Source: a virus (lineage: Duplodnaviria; Heunggongvirae; Uroviricota; Caudoviricetes). From it: DNA of 32,253 nt. The notes under the pieces were generated by a model. It was given only the letters and a program-made list of their open reading frames with translations. It had not been told where the DNA came from and made no database searches. The position numbers and the translations under genes are program-made. This document shows, one piece after another, positions 18,351-26,366 of the stretch. Positions within the stretch are counted from its first letter, which is position 1. Each line of letters opens with the position of its first letter. Location of the stretch: positions 1-32,253 of IMG/VR virus record IMGVR_UViG_2558860288_000008. One strand, written 5' to 3'.

Positions 18351-19094
18351 TTAACTGGCTTTCTTTTTCGGGCGTCCACGTTTTGCCGGTGTCACGCTCC
18401 GGGTCTTACGCGGGGCGCGGGTGGCCGCTTTTGGCTGCAGCTCCGGCTTCGGTTTCAGCTCCCGCTCCAGTCGTTCAATCTCTTTTTTTACGCCTGCCTG
18501 ACAGTCGAGCTGTGTCGCACGTTGCAGGTGCGACAGCGCACCGGCGGCATCACCAGCGTCACGCAGAAACAGACCGGTGATTTTGTGCAGCTTTGCGCGC
18601 ACTTCATCAGGCATGTCAGCCGTGGCGGTCAGTTCAAGGGTCTCCGTCAGCAGGCGGGTATCCACAGACTCACCGGCAGCGTGAGCACGCATGGCCGCGA
18701 GCGCCACCTCCTCGGTGAACATGTACGGCGGGGTGCGGCGGTGTTTACCCGGCATGGTCAGACCGTACTTCAGGGCATAACGGGCAATCTCCAGTGCACC
18801 GGCAATATCGCCGGTATCCAGACGCCACAGCATGACCGTCATCAGAATGTCATCCTGTGCACCTTTGCCCTGCTCCAGCACGCCGTTCACCCACGGCAAC
18901 CAGAACGGCAGCAGTTCGCGTTTTTTCGCGGCCTTCAGCTCTTTTGAATAAATCGCTTTCAGTGTGCGCTGGTCTGCGGCCAGCTTGACCAGCATCTGCT
19001 CATAGACAGTTGCATGTCGCAGCGGGGCGGCTTCCCGCTGCGCGGTCATCGCTGCCGAGACCCGCATCATGTGGCGCTGTGCGGGACTCGTCAT
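18351..19094 (-). CDS. M: Terminase endonuclease/small subunit M, 247 aa
   Basis: Translation MTSPAQRHMMRVSAAMTAQREAAPLRHATVYEQMLVKLAADQRTLKAIYS...; position N-M-L. Confidence 0.9.
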   Translation of the reverse strand: MTSPAQRHMMRVSAAMTAQREAAPLRHATVYEQMLVKLAADQRTLKAIYSKELKAAKKRELLPFWLPWVNGVLEQGKGAQDDILMTVMLWRLDTGDIAGALEIARYALKYGLTMPGKHRRTPPYMFTEEVALAAMRAHAAGESVDTRLLTETLELTATADMPDEVRAKLHKITGLFLRDAGDAAGALSHLQRATQLDCQAGVKKEIERLERELKPKPELQPKAATRAPRKTRSVTPAKRGRPKKKAS

Positions 19095-19097
19095 CGG

Positions 19098-20171
19098 TTA
19101 CGCTCCCGGCTCTGCGGTCGCCTTAGCCGGTGTGGAGAAATCACCGACCTTAATTTTTTCCACCAGACAACCGGCGGCGTAGTCTTCCACCACGTAATCA
19201 ATGTTCATTGACTCGTAGTTCTCCACGCGGTCGAGTTTCGGGTTTTCCTCAATCACGCGGCGATGGCTGTCATCCATGTAGTAGATGGACAGGTTTTCCA
19301 GCTTTGTGATGAGCATCGCATCCGCCGGGAAGTACGGGACGCGTACCGCCGGCAGGTTACCGATGCGTTTCTGGCTGATGATGACGTCAGCGGCCAGCAT
19401 TTCGCTGTTGTCCTGCTCCTTGTTGACGATGGGAAAATACTTGTCCGCCAGTAGCTGACGTCCCACAATCACCACAAGGTCAGGGTCTTCCTGATACCAC
19501 GGCTCAATAAGGTTGTTGGTCGCATCCATCACCAGTGCGTCAAGGCTGGCATAATCACCGCCCTTACCCACGCGGATAACCTCAGAGGTGGTGTGCCCTT
19601 CCTCGTCAGTGACCTTGCTCATCACGCGCGCCGGGGCTTCATTGCGGTATTTCTGCAGCCAGCCGACCGCCACATCCTGCAGCATCGGATTACTGTTGCG
19701 GTCAGAGGTTTCGGCACGCTTCACGCCGTTAAAACCGGCCATGATGAAATCAAGGGACTGGCGTTTGATAATGGCGTTACGGATACGGAGCTGGAAATCC
19801 TGATAACGCGCCCACAGGTCCAGCGTTTTGTAGCGGATATAAAAATCGAAGTTAACCTGGTCGCATTCGTACTTGTTGGACGCCAGCTTCGAGAAGTCCT
19901 TCGGCTGACGCTCGGTGCCACCGGCGGTGTCGGTGGTGCTGGCGATGGAGCCGGTGACACCGATACCAATTTTTTCCCCTTTCATTTCGCTGACCGGCAC
20001 AATGTTGATGCGGGTCAGAAAGTCAGAGGACTCCTGCATGGTGTTCATCAGGGTCTGGGTGACCGACGGTTCAACGGTGAATTTTTTCGACACATCACCG
20101 GCGTCGATGCCGTTCAGTTCGGCAACACGGGACAGGTAGGCATTAAATTTAAAGCGGGTTTCCTGGCGCAT
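19098..20171 (-). CDS. N: Major capsid protein N, 357 aa
   Basis: Translation MRQETRFKFNAYLSRVAELNGIDAGDVSKKFTVEPSVTQTLMNTMQESSDFLTRINIVPV...; length matches P2 gpN. Confidence 0.9.
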   Translation of the reverse strand: MRQETRFKFNAYLSRVAELNGIDAGDVSKKFTVEPSVTQTLMNTMQESSDFLTRINIVPVSEMKGEKIGIGVTGSIASTTDTAGGTERQPKDFSKLASNKYECDQVNFDFYIRYKTLDLWARYQDFQLRIRNAIIKRQSLDFIMAGFNGVKRAETSDRNSNPMLQDVAVGWLQKYRNEAPARVMSKVTDEEGHTTSEVIRVGKGGDYASLDALVMDATNNLIEPWYQEDPDLVVIVGRQLLADKYFPIVNKEQDNSEMLAADVIISQKRIGNLPAVRVPYFPADAMLITKLENLSIYYMDDSHRRVIEENPKLDRVENYESMNIDYVVEDYAAGCLVEKIKVGDFSTPAKATAEPGA

Positions 20172-20229
20172 AGTTTTTCCTGAAATTAAGGGTTAATCGT
20201 GAAGGTTTTCCCGGACTGACTGACGCCGG

Positions 20230-21084
20230 TCAGCAGTTCGTCATCAGGGCGTCACCGCCACCGCCGGTGGCTTTACTGCGGCGCTGCTGGGTCAGACTTT
20301 CGGTGTGGTCGAGACTGTTTTTCAGGCGGGTGAATGCCTGACTGGTTTCATCCGCCCTGTCAGTCACATCCTGCTTAAGTGCGGAAAAGGCGGTTTCCAT
20401 CTCAGCAAGGCGCTGCTCAGTGGCGCTCAGTTTTTCCTGCACATGCTCAGCGACAGCGGTCACCGCTTCATGCACGTCATTCAGACGGGCGTCATCGCTG
20501 GCCTGTTTGCGGCCAAAAATGGATTTCACCTTTTCGGTCAGGGCGGTGAACACGGTTTCAGGCAGGTCTTCAAATTCCAGCTCAACAGGCGTTGCCACTG
20601 AAATCAGGTTTTCAGGGCTTAATTTGAAGCGGTTCAGAGGGTTGTGTTTTGCCGTGCGGCAGAATTCCAGGTATTCCGTGCCGAGGCTTGCCGGGTCATC
20701 GGTGACGGCCAGACCCACCAGATAACATTTGCCGGTATTGGCAAAGTTCGGCTGAATTTCCATTGAGGTGTAGACCTTCTGCGCGGCCTTGTTCATCGCG
20801 ATAAGGTCATCGGTCGGGGTGATTTTCGCAAACAGCGCCCATTTGCCTTTCAGCGCCGAATCATCGTCAATCTTTTCGGCCTTCAGTTCGACCACATCGC
20901 CATAACGCTTAAAAATACCGTCAGGCAGGATGCCGCGCAGATGTTCCAGGTTAATGCGGCAACCATAGACTCGCGGGTCAAAGGTTTCGGCCATTTCCTG
21001 AATATCCTGCGCACTGATGACACGCCCGTCACAGGTGTCACCCTCAACGCCGATACGAAAGAATTTTGAGACTTTTTTTGCCAT
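20230..21084 (-). CDS. O: Capsid scaffolding protein O, 284 aa
   Basis: Translation from the internal ATG (21082-21084, minus): MAKKVSKFFRIGVEGDTCDGRVISAQDIQEMAETFDPRVYG...; GGAG ribosome-binding site upstream. Confidence 0.9.
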   Translation of the reverse strand: MAKKVSKFFRIGVEGDTCDGRVISAQDIQEMAETFDPRVYGCRINLEHLRGILPDGIFKRYGDVVELKAEKIDDDSALKGKWALFAKITPTDDLIAMNKAAQKVYTSMEIQPNFANTGKCYLVGLAVTDDPASLGTEYLEFCRTAKHNPLNRFKLSPENLISVATPVELEFEDLPETVFTALTEKVKSIFGRKQASDDARLNDVHEAVTAVAEHVQEKLSATEQRLAEMETAFSALKQDVTDRADETSQAFTRLKNSLDHTESLTQQRRSKATGGGGDALMTNC

Positions 21085-21257
21085 TGTCAGGAGTCCTGAA
21101 TAGTGATTAGAGGAGTCACATGTCGGCATCAGTTTCCCGACGATGCGCATCCTCCGCCATCAGTCCCGGATGGCTTATCACTGACACAACAGCACCTTAG
21201 CGAATCGCGGGGCGCGACTCAGTAGCCTTGCCGTGTATTCATCACGGCGAGGTATTC
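21085..21257. promoter_or_regulatory. Divergent late-promoter region between O (minus) and P (plus)
   Basis: By analogy to P2, the Ogr-dependent P_O and P_P promoters lie here. Only an imperfect TGg-N12-ACA element (21171-21188) and a TGTCGG-N10-CCGACG dyad (21121-21142) were seen; no exact consensus match. Confidence 0.5.
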
Positions 21258-23030
21258 ATGACCATCACCACAGACACCACTCTTTTACACGACCCGCGTC
21301 GTCAGGCGGCGCTGCTGTACTGGCAGGGATTTTCCGTGCCGCAGATTGCCGCCATGTTGCAGATGAAACGCCCGACGGTGCAGAGCTGGAAACAGCGCGA
21401 CGGCTGGGACAGCGTTGCCCCCATCAGCCGTGTCGAAATGAGTCTGGAAGCGCGGCTGACCCAGCTCATCATCAAACCGCAGAAAACCGGCGGTGACTTC
21501 AAGGAAATTGACCTGCTCGGACGCCAGATTGAACGACTGGCACGGGTCAACCGTTACAGTCAGACCGGCAACGAGGCAGACCTTAATCCGAACGTCGCTA
21601 ACCGCAACAAAGGCGGGCGTCGCAAACCGAAAAAGAATTTTTTCAGTGACGAGGCCATCGAAAAGCTGGAGCAGATTTTCTTTGAGCAGTCTTTCGAATA
21701 TCAGTTGCACTGGTATCGCGCCGGGCTTGAGCACCGCATCCGCGATATCCTGAAATCCCGCCAGATTGGCGCGACGTTTTATTTTTCCCGCGAGGCGCTG
21801 CTGCGCGCCCTGAAAACCGGTCATAACCAGATTTTTCTGTCGGCCAGTAAAACGCAGGCGTATGTGTTCCGCGAATACATCATCGCCTTTGCCCGGCTGG
21901 TTGACGTTGACCTGACTGGTGACCCGATTGTCCTGGGCAATAACGGCGCAAAACTGATTTTTCTCGGCACCAACTCCAACACCGCACAGAGCCATAACGG
22001 CGACCTGTACGTCGACGAGATTTTCTGGATCCCGAATTTTCAGGTGCTCCGTAAGGTGGCATCAGGTATGGCCTCACAGAGTCACCTGCGCTCGACCTAT
22101 TTCTCCACCCCGTCCACGCTGGCGCACGACGCCTACCCGTTCTGGTCCGGTGAACTGTTTAACCGGGGACGCGCCAGCGCCGCCGAACGCGTGGAAATCG
22201 ACGTCAGTCATAACGCCCTTGCCGGTGGGCTTCTCTGTGCGGACGGCCAGTGGCGACAGATTGTCACCATTGAGGACGCCCTGAAAGGCGGCTGCACATT
22301 GTTCGACATTGAGCAGCTTAAACGCGAAAACAGCGCCGACGATTTTAAAAACCTGTTCATGTGTGAATTTGTTGACGACAAGGCATCGGTGTTCCCGTTC
22401 GAGGAGCTGCAACGCTGCATGGTCGACACGCTGGAAGAATGGGAAGACTATGCGCCGTTTGCCGCAAATCCGTTCGGCTCACGTCCGGTATGGATTGGTT
22501 ACGACCCGTCACACCGTGGCGACAGCGCCGGATGCGTGGTACTGGCACCGCCGGTGGTGGCCGGTGGCAAATTCAGAATACTTGAGCGTCACCAGTGGAA
22601 AGGCATGGACTTTGCCACCCAGGCGGAATCCATCCGCAAACTCACCGAAAAATATAACGTCGAATACATCGGTATTGATGCCACCGGCCTCGGTGTCGGC
22701 GTGTTCCAGCTCGTGCGCTCGTTCTATCCCGCCGCGCGCGATATCCGCTACACACCGGAAATGAAAACCGCAATGGTGCTCAAGGCAAAAGACGTTATCC
22801 GTCGTGGCTGTCTGGAATATGACGTCAGCGCCACCGACATCACCAGCTCGTTTATGGCTATCCGCAAGACCATGACCAGCAGCGGACGCAGCGCCACCTA
22901 TGAGGCCAGCCGCAGCGAGGAAGCCAGCCACGCCGACCTCGCCTGGGCGACCATGCACGCCCTGTTAAATGAGCCACTCACCGCCGGTATCAGCACCCCG
23001 CTGACATCCACCATTCTGGAGTTTTACTGA
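21258..23030 (+). CDS. P: Terminase large (ATPase) subunit P, 590 aa
   Basis: Translation from the ATG at 21258: MTITTDTTLLHDPRRQAALLYWQGFSVPQIAAMLQMKRPTVQSWKQRDGWD...; the track ORF begins at an upstream TTG. Confidence 0.9.
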   Translation: MTITTDTTLLHDPRRQAALLYWQGFSVPQIAAMLQMKRPTVQSWKQRDGWDSVAPISRVEMSLEARLTQLIIKPQKTGGDFKEIDLLGRQIERLARVNRYSQTGNEADLNPNVANRNKGGRRKPKKNFFSDEAIEKLEQIFFEQSFEYQLHWYRAGLEHRIRDILKSRQIGATFYFSREALLRALKTGHNQIFLSASKTQAYVFREYIIAFARLVDVDLTGDPIVLGNNGAKLIFLGTNSNTAQSHNGDLYVDEIFWIPNFQVLRKVASGMASQSHLRSTYFSTPSTLAHDAYPFWSGELFNRGRASAAERVEIDVSHNALAGGLLCADGQWRQIVTIEDALKGGCTLFDIEQLKRENSADDFKNLFMCEFVDDKASVFPFEELQRCMVDTLEEWEDYAPFAANPFGSRPVWIGYDPSHRGDSAGCVVLAPPVVAGGKFRILERHQWKGMDFATQAESIRKLTEKYNVEYIGIDATGLGVGVFQLVRSFYPAARDIRYTPEMKTAMVLKAKDVIRRGCLEYDVSATDITSSFMAIRKTMTSSGRSATYEASRSEEASHADLAWATMHALLNEPLTAGISTPLTSTILEFY

Positions 23031-24064
23031 TGAGCAAGAAAAAAGGGAAAACACCGCAACCTGCGGCAAAAAAAATGACCGCCAGCGCCCCGAAAATGGA
23101 GGCATTCACCTTTGGTGAGCCGGTGCCGGTACTCGACCGCCGTGACATTCTGGATTACGTCGAGTGCATCAGTAACGGCAGATGGTATGAGCCGCCGGTC
23201 AGCTTTACCGGTCTGGCAAAAAGCCTGCGTGCTGCCGTGCATCACAGCTCACCGATTTACGTCAAACGTAATATTCTGGCCTCGACATTTATCCCGCATC
23301 CGTGGCTGTCCCAGCAGGATTTCAGCCGCTTTGTGCTGGATTTTCTGGTGTTCGGTAATGCGTTTCTGGAAAAGCGCTACAGCACCACCGGTAAGGTCAT
23401 CAGACTGGAAACCTCACCGGCAAAATATACCCGCCGTGGCGTGGAGGAGGATGTTTACTGGTGGGTGCCGTCCTTCAACGAGCCGACAGCCTTCGCGCCC
23501 GGCTCCGTGTTTCACCTGCTGGAGCCGGATATTAATCAGGAACTGTACGGCATGCCGGAATATCTCAGCGCCCTTAACTCTGCCTGGCTGAATGAGTCGG
23601 CCACGCTGTTCCGCCGCAAGTATTACGAAAACGGCGCACATGCCGGATACATCATGTACGTCACCGATGCCGTGCAGGATCGCAACGATATCGAAATGCT
23701 TCGCGAAAACATGGTCAAGTCGAAAGGCCGCAACAACTTTAAAAACCTGTTTCTCTATGCCCCACAGGGGAAAGCCGACGGCATTAAAATTATCCCCCTC
23801 AGTGAAGTGGCGACGAAGGACGATTTTTTTAATATCAAAAAAGCCAGCGCCGCTGACCTGCTGGACGCGCACCGCATCCCCTTTCAGTTGATGGGCGGCA
23901 AGCCGGAGAACGTCGGGTCGCTGGGTGATATTGAGAAAGTGGCAAAGGTCTTTGTCCGCAATGAGCTTATCCCGTTACAGGACAGGATCCGCGAGATAAA
24001 CGGCTGGCTCGGCCAGGAGGTCATCCGCTTTAAAAACTACTCACTGGACACTGACAACGGCTGA
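23030..24064 (+). CDS. Q: Portal protein Q, 344 aa
   Basis: Translation MSKKKGKTPQPAAKKMTASAPKMEAFTFGEPVPVLDRRDILDYVECISNGRWYEPP...; the ATG overlaps the P stop (ATGA). Confidence 0.9.
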   Translation: MSKKKGKTPQPAAKKMTASAPKMEAFTFGEPVPVLDRRDILDYVECISNGRWYEPPVSFTGLAKSLRAAVHHSSPIYVKRNILASTFIPHPWLSQQDFSRFVLDFLVFGNAFLEKRYSTTGKVIRLETSPAKYTRRGVEEDVYWWVPSFNEPTAFAPGSVFHLLEPDINQELYGMPEYLSALNSAWLNESATLFRRKYYENGAHAGYIMYVTDAVQDRNDIEMLRENMVKSKGRNNFKNLFLYAPQGKADGIKIIPLSEVATKDDFFNIKKASAADLLDAHRIPFQLMGGKPENVGSLGDIEKVAKVFVRNELIPLQDRIREINGWLGQEVIRFKNYSLDTDNG

Positions 24065-24069
24065 ACATC

Positions 24070-24091
24070 GCCGCCTGCGGGCGGCTTTTTT
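24070..24091 (+). terminator. Rho-independent terminator after Q
   Basis: GC-rich hairpin GCCGCC-tgcg-GGCGGC followed by TTTTTT, beginning 5 bp after the Q stop codon. Confidence 0.75.
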
Positions 24092-24221
24092 ACATCCCGT
24101 CATCACGCCCTCACACGCTCACCACCGCACAAAACACCCCGCAGACACACCAACAATCTAAACGCCATCACGACGCGCTGAGACGCTGAAAAAATACAAT
24201 CAGCACCACCGTCAGCGCGCA

Positions 24222-24240
24222 GTGCTTTCCCCGCCTCGCC
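24222..24240. other. cos cohesive-end site (19-nt P2-type sequence)
   Basis: The plus strand reads gtgctttccccgcctcgcc; its reverse complement GGCGAGGCGGGGAAAGCAC matches the P2 19-nt cohesive end as I recall it (memory, not a search). It sits just downstream of Q, as in P2. Confidence 0.6.
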
Positions 24241-24662
24241 CGCCCGCTTCATGGGTCGGTTTTAATGCAGGTGCATGACCACCATGGTGTCGCGCCTATT
24301 CTGACGGAGCACGATCTAAACTAGCAGCTCCAACGCATGCAAAACAATGCGCCTAATGCTTGCACATCTGAAAATAAAAATCGTGTAGAAAGATATAGCA
24401 AAGTCTGCATATTAAAGCTGGCTGGCACGCAACTCATATCGCAGTGATTTGCCAATTACATTGCGCAAAATTTACACTAACAACGGTTATCAAGAAGCAG
24501 GCGCAAATTGATTATCAAAAACTCGATCTAATCTATTGATCTAGACACGAATATTTATGCATCCTGATATTGTTTTAAAGGTCTTTGATTGCCTAATCAA
24601 GTCCTGCACTACTTTGGCGTACAACACTTACATAAAGTTGAAAACTACAGAAGGGCACAAGA

Positions 24663-25748
24663 ATGGGTTACGAAGTTGATTTCTTAGCAGTTGGAGAAAA
24701 AAAAAGTGGAGATGCTATCTGCATAAGATGGGGCAACCTCCACGGAACAAGAGCAGAGCAAAAAGTTGTCGTAATTGATGCGGGGTACGCAAGCACTGGT
24801 CCACAAATAATTGAACATTTACAGAAATACTATCATACAAATACTATTGACTTACTCATATCCACGCATCCAGATAGCGACCATGCTGGCGGCCTTGAGC
24901 ATGTGATTGAGAATGCGGAAGTCAAAGAGTTCTGGATTCACCAGCCTTGGGAGCATAATGAAAATCTCGCGCAGGAATTTGCTGATGGAAGGATAACAGA
25001 TGCAAGTATTGCCAGACGTATACAAGATAATCTACAAAAAGCCTATGATGCCGTCAAATCAGCGAAAAAAAAAGGAATAGAAATTAAGGAGCCTTTTCAA
25101 GGCAGGACTTGGGACAATTCTAAACTGGTTGTTATTGGACCAACACAAGCATACTATGAAACATTAATCCCCGATTTTGCAAGAATGCCTGAAAAAGCAG
25201 AAACAACTGCAACCAGTGGTACAGATGCATATAACTACTTTTTTGAGAAAGCCAAAGAACAAGTCGAGTATATTGCTGATTGGTTCTCTGATGAGGGAAT
25301 TGATGACAAGGACACAACTACTGCACAAAACAATTCAAGCGTTATATTAAAAATTGAAATTGACAATAAAACACTAGTATTTACAGGTGATGCAGGAATA
25401 ACTGCATTAGATATGGCTGCTGATCATATAAATAATAACTCATTATCATTTATTCAAGTGCCCCACCATGGAAGCAGGAGAAACATCGGTCCAGCGGTGC
25501 TAAATAAGCTCGTTGGAAATATTGTAAGCGAAGGAGGAAGAAGTGGTGTTTGTGCATTTATATCATGCGCACCGGATTCCGATAAACACCCTCATCAAGC
25601 GGTCATTAATGCTTTTACAAGGCGTGGAGCCAAAGTAGTCGCCACAGAAGGCACCAATAAACGCCATTCTAGTAATGCCCCCGCCAGAGATGGCTGGACT
25701 GCAGTCACCCCACGCTCATACGCAAGGAGTTATAAGACTGAAGAATAA
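24663..25748 (+). CDS. AT-rich accessory gene: 361-aa metallo-beta-lactamase-fold hydrolase, ComEC/Rec2-C-terminal-like (candidate nuclease; candidate anti-phage effector)
   Basis: MBL motifs read in order: VVVIDAG (Asp motif), THPDSDHAGG (variant of HxHxDH), VPHHGS, and a C-terminal ...SCAPDSDKHPHQAVINAFTRRGAKVVATEG resembling the ComEC MBL domain tail. GAAGGG ribosome-binding site before the ATG at 24663. Sits in the cos-to-A interval where P2 carries tin/old. Confidence 0.75.
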   Translation: MGYEVDFLAVGEKKSGDAICIRWGNLHGTRAEQKVVVIDAGYASTGPQIIEHLQKYYHTNTIDLLISTHPDSDHAGGLEHVIENAEVKEFWIHQPWEHNENLAQEFADGRITDASIARRIQDNLQKAYDAVKSAKKKGIEIKEPFQGRTWDNSKLVVIGPTQAYYETLIPDFARMPEKAETTATSGTDAYNYFFEKAKEQVEYIADWFSDEGIDDKDTTTAQNNSSVILKIEIDNKTLVFTGDAGITALDMAADHINNNSLSFIQVPHHGSRRNIGPAVLNKLVGNIVSEGGRSGVCAFISCAPDSDKHPHQAVINAFTRRGAKVVATEGTNKRHSSNAPARDGWTAVTPRSYARSYKTEE

Positions 25749-25753
25749 TTCGT

Positions 25754-25775
25754 TAAGCTGCCTTAGGGCAGCTTA
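25754..25775. terminator. Bidirectional terminator-like hairpin between the convergent MBL and membrane-protein genes
   Basis: Perfect 9-bp inverted repeat TAAGCTGCC-ttag-GGCAGCTTA followed by TTATT; it overlaps the stop codon of the minus-strand gene. Confidence 0.55.
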
Positions 25776-26251
25776 TTATTAGCCTTACTCACTCTTAATG
25801 TAATAAACTTAATTTGCTTAACGTACGACACAATAAAAACAAAAATCAAAAACAATGAAATCCATTTCGACGCCATGTAATCACCACCAACTACAAACGA
25901 AACAAAAAACAAAGAAAACAAAAAAACCAAGGACATAGAGAATAACGTCCTATACATATTTGCAGTTTCTTGAAGAAGCTCTATTTTATTATCCTTTCTA
26001 CATGCTGAGATATATTCCTCATATGGAACAAATTTTACCAGCCCCAAAAATTTCAACACAGGCTCAAAAACAATAGACCCAATCCTTCCGATAATTATCC
26101 CCGTAAAATAGTAAAGTACCACATTCTTAACAACATCATCTGTGGATAATATCACATTGGTTGCCCGCTCAAACAAATAAATAAACAAAGCACCGGGAAA
26201 GAGATTGTTAAATATATTATAAGACGATATTTTTTCCCATAAACCATCCAT
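25763..26251 (-). CDS. AT-rich accessory gene: ~162-aa polytopic membrane protein (about four hydrophobic helices), function unknown
   Basis: Translation ...GALFIYLF..., ...YYFTGIIIGRIGSIVF..., ...LFSMSLVFLFSLFFVSFVVGG..., ...WISLFLIFVFIVSYV...; ATG at 26249-26251 (minus) with an AAAGGTG ribosome-binding site; the track ORF begins at an upstream GTG. Confidence 0.65.
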   Translation of the reverse strand: MDGLWEKISSYNIFNNLFPGALFIYLFERATNVILSTDDVVKNVVLYYFTGIIIGRIGSIVFEPVLKFLGLVKFVPYEEYISACRKDNKIELLQETANMYRTLFSMSLVFLFSLFFVSFVVGGDYMASKWISLFLIFVFIVSYVKQIKFITLRVSKANNKLP

Positions 26252-26366
26252 ACAACACACCTTTTAACCAATTTTAAAGACGCCATTTTCATCAAAAGAA
26301 ACAAAAATAGCAAGAACATCAGAACAAACTCTTTGAACACCTGAAAATATTATGTTCCGACACCAT

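Noticed and set aside
19253-20183. ORFs overlapping the major capsid gene N (e.g. 19593..20183 +, 19721..19969 -)
   Set aside because: Overlap a clearly identified capsid gene; alternative-frame artefacts.
21121-21142. Dyad TGTCGG-N10-CCGACG as an Ogr binding site
   Set aside because: Its spacing does not fit the TGT-N12-ACA late-promoter consensus as I recall it, and it lies too close to the O start codon to be centred near -55 for P_O; kept only as a note in the promoter-region feature.
21285-22958. Minus-strand ORFs inside terminase gene P (e.g. 21285..21995, 22509..22958)
   Set aside because: Antisense to a clearly identified terminase gene; no independent support.
26152-26340. 62-aa minus-strand ORF upstream of the small membrane-protein gene
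   Set aside because: Different frame, overlaps the preferred ATG/ribosome-binding site of the membrane-protein gene; probably a chance ORF in AT-rich DNA, though a leader peptide cannot be excluded.
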